Shown piece after piece: positions 9,532 through 15,907 of a DNA stretch of 32,000 nt (positions are counted from its first letter, which is position 1; every line of letters starts with the position of its first letter). The stretch is from Candidatus Electrothrix sp. GW3-4. GTDB lineage: Bacteria; Desulfobacterota; Desulfobulbia; Desulfobulbales; Desulfobulbaceae. Position numbers and translations under genes: made by a program. The notes below the pieces were generated by a model. The model saw nothing but the letters and a program-made list of their open reading frames with translations, did not search any database and was not told where the DNA came from. The stretch spans positions 930,001 to 962,000 of the forward strand of contig NZ_CP147990.1 in the NCBI RefSeq assembly GCF_037902255.1. The letters are read 5' to 3'.

Positions 9532-10422
9532 TTAGGCGGTCAACCGCTCCTGGGCCTCTTTATAACGGGCAGCAGTCTTCTCCACGATCTCTGCGGGCAG
9601 AGGCGGTGGGGGCGGTTGCTTGTCCCAATCCAAAGAGGAGAGATAATCCCGCAGAAACTGTTTGTCAAAGCTGGGCTGTCCCTGGCCTGGTTTGTACTCA
9701 TCCATGGGCCAGAACCGGGAAGAATCCGGGGTCAGGACCTCATCAATCAGGATCAGTTCACCATCGGCCATACCAAGCTCGAACTTGGTGTCCGCAATAA
9801 TGATCCCCTTGCTCCGGGCATATTCAGCAGCCTTCTCGTACAGCCGAACAGAGATGTCCGCCATCTTGTCTGCGACCTCCTTGCCCACGATTTCTTCCAT
9901 CTTGGCCACAGAGATGTTTTCATCGTGCAGCCCCTGTTCCGCCTTGGTGGACGGGGTAAAGAGCGGCTGGGGAAATTTATCCGACTCCTGCATGCCTTGA
10001 GGCAGGGCAAAGCCACAGACCGTGGTGTCTTTCTTATAGGCTGACCAGAAAGAACCGGAGATGTAGCCCCGGACAATGCACTCAATGGGCATAACCTTGG
10101 TGCGGCGCACCAGCATGGAGCGGCCTTCCAGCTGCTCCCGATATTGGTGGCAAACCTCTGGGTACTGCGCAACATCAGCAGAGATCAGGTGGTTGGGCAC
10201 GATATCAGCCAGCAGGTTAAACCAAAACAGGGAAATCTGGGTCAGGACCTTACCCTTGTCGATAATGGGATCATCCATTACCACGTCATAGGCAGAGATC
10301 CTGTCCGTGGCGATCATGAGTAGTTTGTCCTCATGACCGGGGATTTCGTACATATCGCGAACCTTGCCGCGATGGAGCAGATTCAGTTCCGGCAGGTCAG
10401 TCCGGATAACAGGGTTACTCAT
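9532..10422 (-). CDS. purC: Phosphoribosylaminoimidazole-succinocarboxamide (SAICAR) synthase
   Basis: 296 aa, with [12 protein letters not shown]...[16 protein letters not shown]...[10 protein letters not shown]. Confidence 0.92.
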   Translation of the reverse strand: MSNPVIRTDLPELNLLHRGKVRDMYEIPGHEDKLLMIATDRISAYDVVMDDPIIDKGKVLTQISLFWFNLLADIVPNHLISADVAQYPEVCHQYREQLEGRSMLVRRTKVMPIECIVRGYISGSFWSAYKKDTTVCGFALPQGMQESDKFPQPLFTPSTKAEQGLHDENISVAKMEEIVGKEVADKMADISVRLYEKAAEYARSKGIIIADTKFELGMADGELILIDEVLTPDSSRFWPMDEYKPGQGQPSFDKQFLRDYLSSLDWDKQPPPPPLPAEIVEKTAARYKEAQERLTA

Positions 10423-10637
10423 GGGTATACACCAAGTGAAGGGGAAATGATGAGGGAAGAAGTATCCCGTTCCTTTATGCTTTTTATGCTACGTGGTCGC
10501 CTTATTTATTCCTATATTTTATAGGGGCAGACACATAGTTCTGTCCCTATAGGATGCAGGCCGATTATAAAACAAAGGAGGGGCGAACCTCTGTGTCCGC
10601 CCTTGGTTAGGCCGCATCAAGGATAAAAAGGCGAACC

Positions 10638-11285
10638 TTACAGGCTCAGCTCTTTTTTCACGGCCTCAATAACCGCGTCGCTGGAGGTCGCCTCAACAGA
10701 GAGCAGCAGACCTTCTTTCTCGTAAAAACCGATCAGCGGTGCAGTCTTCTCGTTATAGGTGGCCAGACGATGGCTGATAGCCTCTTCGGTCTCGTCTTCA
10801 CGCTGTACAACCTTGGCGCCACACTTGTCGCAGATCCCTTCCTGCTTGGGCGGGTTGGACTTGACGTTGTAGATGGCCTGGCAGTCACCGTTCTCACAGG
10901 TACGGCGGGTGCAGAGACGATCCAGGATGATGTCCTTGGGCACATCGATGTTCACTGCCTTGTCCAGGGTGATGTCCAATTTTCCCATCAGCTCTTTCAG
11001 GGCCTCGGCTTGGGGAATGGTGCGCGGGAAGCCGTCCAGCAGGAAACCTTTGGCACAGTCATCTTCCTGAAGACGTTTTTCCATAATGCCCATGATCAGG
11101 GAATCAGGAACCAGGTCACCTCGTTTCATGTAGCCTTCTGCCTCTTTGCCCAGGTCGGTTCCGGCCTGCACTGCACCACGCAGGATGTCGCCAGTAGAGA
11201 TTTGGACAGAACCATCGATAGCGGTCAGCAGTTTAGCAACAGTTCCTTTGCCCGCACCGGGTGCGCCGAGAAGGATAAGTTTCAT
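10638..11285 (-). CDS. adk: Adenylate kinase with a Cys4 zinc lid
   Basis: 215 aa. It has MKLILLGAPGAGKGT (P-loop) and the lid CTRRTCENGDC...CDKCG. Confidence 0.95.
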   Translation of the reverse strand: MKLILLGAPGAGKGTVAKLLTAIDGSVQISTGDILRGAVQAGTDLGKEAEGYMKRGDLVPDSLIMGIMEKRLQEDDCAKGFLLDGFPRTIPQAEALKELMGKLDITLDKAVNIDVPKDIILDRLCTRRTCENGDCQAIYNVKSNPPKQEGICDKCGAKVVQREDETEEAISHRLATYNEKTAPLIGFYEKEGLLLSVEATSSDAVIEAVKKELSL

Positions 11286-11690
11286 GGGATTCTCCTTATA
11301 TGTATTCTTTGTGATTTACTGATAAAGCAGATAGATGAATTGAGCTGCTTTTCTGTTGAATATGAGGGCCAGACTCGCCCAAAAGAAAAAATGATCACTT
11401 TACACTATCTTGGTTATTGATGGTAGGGAAAATGTGGGGGGAGGGGATTTTCAGTCAATCAATCGTCTTTTCGTGAACGTGCGGAATGTTCAGGGGATCT
11501 ACCAAAAGACCGGGGTGCTTTACCGCTGTCAGGGTTATGATCTTCGCTTCGGTGTTCGGAAAACGCTCGGTGCGTCCTCCTTCTCTGATACGGTGTTTTT
11601 TGTCCGACTGCGGCTGAGATGACCTCACTAGCAGGGGATACAAAATAAATATACAGTTTTCACAGGGGATTATACGATTTTCTCCGGCAA

Positions 11691-11984
11691 AATTCATGCC
11701 GGAATCGGTCTGATGTACATTGGAATCGACGTAATTCCAATTGGAATTGCTCTGATTCCAATTGACTTTGGTCCAATTCCAATTGACTTTGCCTTGATTC
11801 CAATTGGAATTGCCCTGATGCAAATTTACTTTGACCCGATTCAAATTGACTTTACCCTGATTGAAGTGTGAATCGTCCCGTTTGAAGTTTAAATCACTCC
11901 GATTCAAATTTAAATTGGCCCGATGTAAGTTTAAATCGTCCTGATTCAAGTGTGAATCGTTTCAATTGAACCGGCAAAAAGACC
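11691..11984. repeat. Tandem array of about 13 strictly phased 21-bp units
   Basis: Units start at 11712, 11733, 11754 ... 11943 with no indels, for example aattccaattggaattgctct, gattccaattgactttggtcc and gattcaaattgactttaccct. Units 11733 and 11796 contain the perfect 14-bp palindrome ATTCCAATTGGAAT. Degenerate units lie at both ends. Confidence 0.9.
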
Positions 11985-12283
11985 GTTGCCGGTCACCTTC
12001 GGGAATTTGTTCCTGCAAAAGTAAGGGAGAATGCTATTGGGATTCGAACCTGAGAGCCCCCTCTGTATACCCCACTGCGCGGTTTGAAAATGGCATGTGA
12101 TACCGGGATGGATACATTCTTTTATTACAACAGCCAGTTTATCCTTGCGTTATGAATGTTCTTTGATTTATTAATTGTATTAGTCACAATTGATTAAGTT
12201 TCCATGTTATCAATAGATAACTGTTGATATCCTGGAAAAGCAAAAAAGAAATTAATAAACTGGAAATATTTTTCCAGTTTTCT

Positions 12284-12367
12284 CGCTTAATATGTAATAG
12301 CCTGGAAAGTTGGTCCATATATAGGGTAATACCCTATCCCGATTCCAGGTTATCCACACTGTTAGCG
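12284..12367 (+). other. Degenerate attC-like (or attI-like) site S0
   Basis: Layout: CGCTTAA tatgtaatag CCTGGAA agttggtccat ATAGGGTAaTACCCTAT cccga TTCCAGG ttatccacact GTTAGCG. The arms match about 16/24. The left box lacks the canonical AAC. Extra CTGGAAA/TTCCAG copies lie upstream at 12231-12280. Confidence 0.4.
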
Positions 12368-12390
12368 CCCAATCAATAAGGAATCAAAGA

Positions 12391-12861
12391 ATGAACCTAG
12401 AAATTAAATGGCATCAGCCAGCCTCACTTGAAGACGGCGACGATGAGAATTTAATTTACTCAGTAGACGGATTAGAAGAGTGGGAAGACTTACCCGCAAT
12501 CTATATGTTTTGTAGAAATTATGGTGGAGTATTGGTTCCATTATACATAGGAAGGTCAAAAAACGTTGGTCAGCGCATTAAACAGCACCTCAATACAACA
12601 AGGATGATGAAATCTATTCAGAAAGCACCCAAAGGAGAGAAAGTGCTAGTTATCGGTGAATTCATCCCAAAGCCAGGTCAAAGTATTGATTCATCGTTAA
12701 AGATACTAGAAAAGACATTGATCGAACATGCACTAACAGAGGGCTATGAACTTATCAATAAATCCGGCACTAAGACTCCGGTACATACCATTTCTTTGAG
12801 TGGATATAAAGCTGCTAAAGATTTCTCTGGCCCTAAAATGTATGCTAAATCAAAGCGCTAA
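12391..12861 (+). CDS. GIY-YIG family nuclease-like protein (cassette A)
   Basis: 156 aa. PAIYMFCRNYGGVLVPLYIGRSKNVGQRIKQHL supplies the GIY...YIG...R motifs. LEKTLIEH supplies the Glu and ELINKSG the Asn. RBS AAGGA lies 8 nt upstream. Confidence 0.7.
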   Translation: MNLEIKWHQPASLEDGDDENLIYSVDGLEEWEDLPAIYMFCRNYGGVLVPLYIGRSKNVGQRIKQHLNTTRMMKSIQKAPKGEKVLVIGEFIPKPGQSIDSSLKILEKTLIEHALTEGYELINKSGTKTPVHTISLSGYKAAKDFSGPKMYAKSKR

Positions 12862-12946
12862 CCATCTAATAAACCTGACCGGGTTAACAGCTGCGGCGCT
12901 GACGCGAATCAACTCCGTGGCCGGCAGGTTATCAGGGTCGTTGGAT
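12856..12946 (+). other. attC site S1
   Basis: R'' CGCTAAC overlaps the stop codon; an alternative register is ATCTAAT at 12864. R' is GTTGGAT at 12940-12946. The arms are TAAACCTG(A)CCGG and CCGGCAGGTTA with an unpaired A. It shares the core GCGGCGCTGACGCG with S2. Confidence 0.7.
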
Positions 12947-12962
12947 GGATGAATAAATAGAT

Positions 12963-13109
12963 ATGAGCCCCGAACTTCTATATTTGCTGTTGTTCCCGCA
13001 GCAGAAAACAACAATGTTACTCTTTATGCATCCCAGGTTTATGTTCGCTATGTGTTATTAGCGTTACTGGTGATCTATCCTTGCGAAAGGTGCGAAGGGA
13101 GGGGCTCAT
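12963..13109 (+). ncRNA. Candidate retron msr-msd non-coding RNA
   Basis: A 9-bp inverted repeat ATGAGCCCC (12963-12971) / GGGGCTCAT (13101-13109) brackets ~129 nt directly upstream of the RT start. A G at 12972 follows the left repeat, the position of the branching G in known retrons. Internal hairpins are TGTTGTT...AACAACA, CCAG..CGCTA-loop-TAGCG..CTGG, and CCTT-GCGA-AAGG. Confidence 0.5.
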
Positions 13110-13120
13110 TCTTTCTTATT

Positions 13121-14650
13121 ATGACTAAACTAAAGTCAAAATTAAACAAAACGGAAGAAGTTGCTACGGATCAGTTTTCTGTTTTAAATTCAGGGCAGGA
13201 TGTCGCAAACTTTCTCGAAATCCCCTATGGCCAATTACTTTACCTTTTGTATAAAAGGCCAGACGAAAAAAAATATATCTCTTTTTATATCCCCAAAAAA
13301 ACAAAAGGCCGCCGTCTGATATCAAAACCGATGAAAGGGATTGATATTTTACAACAAAAATTAAAGCCACATTTAGAATCATTCTACCGCACAAAAGCCC
13401 CTGTTCATGGATTTGTTAAAGGGAAAAGTATAGTTTCAAACGCCTCGGCACACAAAAAGCATAAATACGTTTTAAATGTTGACCTCGCCGATTTTTATGG
13501 AACCATCAATTATGGCCGAGTCCGGGGGGTATTTCTTGCTACACCATTTAAATTTGGAGAGAAAGCTGCAAGTGTTTTAGCTCAGTTAATCTGCTTTCAA
13601 AACAAATTGCCTCAGGGGGCATGTACATCTCCTGTCGTCTCAAATTTAGTTGCATCGAATTTGGATAAAAAGTTGGTCGCCTTGGCCAAAAGGTATCATT
13701 GCCAATACACGAGGTATGCAGACGATATTACAATATCTTGCAACAAAAAAACCTTCCCTCATTCTTTGGCAACATACGAAGGAAACAATCCAATTACTGG
13801 AGAGACAATTATAGGTAAGCTACTAGAAGACACCATTGACAGTGCTGGATTCAGAGTAAACCATTCAAAAGTAAGGCTGCAAATACCATTTATTCGTCAA
13901 TCAGTAACCGGACTTACTGTCAACGAATTCCCAAATGTTAACAGAGATTTCATCAGAAGTGTTCGCGCTATGTTGCATGACTGGAAGACCAATGGCCTAT
14001 TGACAGCCGAAAAAAATTATATATCAAAGCATCCACAAAAGAAAATTGACATTCCAGAAGATAAGTTAGATGGAACTTACTTCTTGAAAGTATTTTACGG
14101 TAAGCTTTCATTTATCAAAATGGTCAGGGCAGATAAAGAGAACAATGACTCAGTAGTTTCTAACTTTGCTCTAAAAGCTGGAGAGCTCGACCCTAATCCT
14201 CCTAAATACATCAAAGAAATTATGAAAAAAAGTGAATCTTTTGACATTTTTATTGGTCACGCTAGTGAAGACAAAGACGAAGTAGCAAGACCATTGTTTG
14301 AGGAATGTGAAAAACAAGGAATTATTGCTTTTATTGATGAAATACATATCTCTTGGGGAGATTCATTAACCGAAAAAATTAATCATGCACTTGGAAAGTC
14401 TAAATATTTTTTGGCCGTTCTGTCTGAAAAATCAATTAAGAAATCTTGGCCAAGAAAAGAGCTTAACAGTGCAGTAGCGAGAGAAATAAGTGGTGAGCAA
14501 AAAGTATTACCTTTAATTGTCGGGGATCACAAAAAAATATTTGCGGAGTTTCCACTCCTAGCGGACAAATTGTTTATCCAATGGGAAGGAGACGTAGAGC
14601 AAATTGTGGATGAAATAAAAAAATTAAAAGCAAAGCATCCAACAAAATAA
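13121..14650 (+). CDS. Retron-type reverse transcriptase fused to a C-terminal TIR domain (cassette B)
   Basis: 509 aa from ATG 13121; the track ORF starts at an upstream GTG at 13052. RT motifs: YISFYIPKKTKGRRLISKP, HGFVKGKSIVSNASAH (NAxxH), LNVDLADFYGTI, LPQGACTSPVVSNL, YTRYADDITIS (YADD at 13715-13726), GFRVNHSKV and SVTGLTVN (VTG). The C-terminal ~130 aa reads FDIFIGHASEDKDEVARPL...GKSKYFLAVLSEKSIKKSWPRKELN, which is TIR-like. Confidence 0.85.
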   Translation: MTKLKSKLNKTEEVATDQFSVLNSGQDVANFLEIPYGQLLYLLYKRPDEKKYISFYIPKKTKGRRLISKPMKGIDILQQKLKPHLESFYRTKAPVHGFVKGKSIVSNASAHKKHKYVLNVDLADFYGTINYGRVRGVFLATPFKFGEKAASVLAQLICFQNKLPQGACTSPVVSNLVASNLDKKLVALAKRYHCQYTRYADDITISCNKKTFPHSLATYEGNNPITGETIIGKLLEDTIDSAGFRVNHSKVRLQIPFIRQSVTGLTVNEFPNVNRDFIRSVRAMLHDWKTNGLLTAEKNYISKHPQKKIDIPEDKLDGTYFLKVFYGKLSFIKMVRADKENNDSVVSNFALKAGELDPNPPKYIKEIMKKSESFDIFIGHASEDKDEVARPLFEECEKQGIIAFIDEIHISWGDSLTEKINHALGKSKYFLAVLSEKSIKKSWPRKELNSAVAREISGEQKVLPLIVGDHKKIFAEFPLLADKLFIQWEGDVEQIVDEIKKLKAKHPTK

Positions 14651-14726
14651 TTCAGCGGATGGCGTTATCGTTGGCGGCGCTGACGCGGTAAGTTCATTGG
14701 CGCCACCGCTGATCATGACGTTAGGC
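14637..14726 (+). other. attC site S2
   Basis: R'' ATCCAAC is a perfect RYYYAAC and lies within the last codons of the RT-TIR ORF. R' is GTTAGGC at 14720-14726. The arms are CAGCGG(A)TGGCG and CGCCACCGCTG with an extrahelical A. Confidence 0.75.
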
Positions 14727-14766
14727 AACTACGGGTTAAAACTATACTCAACTGTGGACTTGAATC

Positions 14767-15240
14767 ATGGAAAGAAAACGGTCACCAACTCCCTTTACAG
14801 ATGACTTTCAAATGCTTTGTGCGTTGATAACTCACCTTGGCTCGCATGAGAAATGGCAATCAAGGACCCCAGCCGAAATTGGTGGTAGTCTTGCTATGGA
14901 TCCGAAAGAAGTTGAAAGAGTGCTCGGCGCCTTCCCTTGCTTTTTTCGAGAGTCAGCTAACAGAAAGAAAGGGCAGCGCTTATTTACGGTTCATCTCCGG
15001 TATGCCCGACGAAAAAAAGATCCTGTCACGGGTTCGCATGTTTCAGAGCCTATGACTCCAGAGGAAATTGGCATTTTAATAGATCTATTGACGCAAATGG
15101 TTTCAATTGAAACACAAGAGTCTCAATTCGTGGTCGAAATGAGAGAGAATAACCGGAGTCATGCGCGAAGTGTGTGGGTCGCTATAGCCATTGCGTTAAT
15201 TTCGTCTATAACATCGGTCGTAGTGTCAATTATAAAATAA
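14767..15240 (+). CDS. Hypothetical protein with an HTH-like N-terminal part and one C-terminal TM helix (cassette C)
   Basis: 157 aa. RTPAEIGGSLAMDPKEVERVLG is HTH-like. The C-terminal VWVAIAIALISSITSVVVSIIK is hydrophobic. Confidence 0.6.
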   Translation: MERKRSPTPFTDDFQMLCALITHLGSHEKWQSRTPAEIGGSLAMDPKEVERVLGAFPCFFRESANRKKGQRLFTVHLRYARRKKDPVTGSHVSEPMTPEEIGILIDLLTQMVSIETQESQFVVEMRENNRSHARSVWVAIAIALISSITSVVVSIIK

Positions 15241-15268
15241 CCATGCCCCATGCTTGGGTCGTTGTGTT

Positions 15269-15664
15269 CTAGTTATGTGCATGGTTTTGATTGGAAAGTT
15301 TATATTTGCGCCTAACAAGGCAAATCCAGCCGACGCGCCAAAGGCGCGCGCGGCTGATTTGCGGCGTTAGAGCATAATAGGGGTCAGAGCCCAATAACTG
15401 GCCAAATATTTTATCGGAACGACCAGGATTATCCATTGCATGGCCCTGCCTTCTTCCAATCCCGTAGAATGCTTCCCGCACATCATTTCCCACTGATTTT
15501 CCCTGCACTGCTGCTTCAAAAAGCAGGATGCACTTCCCCTTCGCAAAATCACATTCCCGCATAAATCTCCATCCCGTACAATCAAAACACATCGCTATAA
15601 ACCTGTCCTTGGGCATTCTCTCGCTGATGTAAAAGAGTTTACTCGCAACATCCTGAAAAGACAT
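15269..15664 (-). CDS. Hypothetical protein whose 3' end reads through attC S3
   Basis: This is a sub-ORF of 15269..15895 (-) from ATG 15664: MSFQDVASKLFYISERMPKDRFIAMCFDCTGWRFMRECDFAKGKCILLFEAAVQGK... It has no convincing RBS. The last ~35 codons are encoded by the reverse complement of attC S3 and the tail of cassette C. Confidence 0.35.
   Translation of the reverse strand: MSFQDVASKLFYISERMPKDRFIAMCFDCTGWRFMRECDFAKGKCILLFEAAVQGKSVGNDVREAFYGIGRRQGHAMDNPGRSDKIFGQLLGSDPYYALTPQISRARLWRVGWICLVRRKYKLSNQNHAHN
15310..15372 (+). other. attC site S3 (63 bp, compact canonical form)
   Basis: Layout: GCCTAAC-aaggcaaatc(c)agccg-ACGCGCC-aaa-GGCGCGC-gcggctgatttgcggc-GTTAGAG. The architecture is symmetric 7-16-7-3-7-16-7 with one extrahelical base. 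Confidence 0.85.
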
Positions 15665-15771
15665 TGGGGAAAAAGCAAAAGAAAAGGGGGAAGCGAAAAT
15701 CAAATTCGTGCAGTTACAAGAATCGAGGAATGTTAAGGAATGGGATTTGTGTTGCAGCAAGGAGGGGGAAA

Positions 15772-15801
15772 TAAAAAAAGCCCGGCATGAACGGCCGGGC
15801 G
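15772..15801 (-). terminator. Rho-independent terminator of amtB
   Basis: Stem GCCCGGC (15780-15786) / GCCGGGC (15794-15800). The A7 run at 15773-15779 gives a U-tract on the minus strand. Confidence 0.75.
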
Positions 15802-15907
15802 CGTACAATTGAACAGATCGGGCCCGCAAAGGGGAGGACGTCTTCCCCGGCCCAGGGGCCGGAGAAGTCTTTGCGAACCGTTTCCGTTCGAACAAGTTGG
15901 GAATAAC

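Larger units (their letters stand above)
12284..15372 (+). mobile_element. Integron-type gene-cassette cluster without an integrase (CALIN-like): 3 cassettes delimited by 4 attC-like sites
   Basis: See the individual attC features. All three ORFs are on the plus strand, each with an attC at its 3' end. The cassette lengths measured G|TT to G|TT are 579, 1780 and 646 bp. No tyrosine recombinase ORF is present in the window. Confidence 0.75.

Noticed and set aside
9340-11420. Plus-strand ORFs 9340..10044 and 10770..11420
   Set aside because: They are antisense shadows of purC and adk.
11691-11984. CRISPR array
   Set aside because: The 21-bp units are contiguous with no unique spacers, and there are no cas genes.
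12030-12075. Possible tRNA gene, from minus-strand GGTTCGAATCC (T-loop-like)
   Set aside because: The flanking bases do not form a T-stem (TCAGG versus CCCAA). No acceptor, D or anticodon arms can be built. At most it is a tRNA or tmRNA 3' fragment left by an integrative element, and I could not find the matching intact gene in the window.
11455-12283. Decayed integron integrase (intI) divergent from the cassette array
   Set aside because: The position and strand would fit. The ORF tail ...AKIITLTAVKHPGLLVDPLN faintly recalls the ...TTMIYTHV...SPL end of tyrosine recombinases. However, the similarity is too weak, the other catalytic motifs (R..HxxR..Y) are absent, and most of the interval is tandem repeat or stop-rich DNA.
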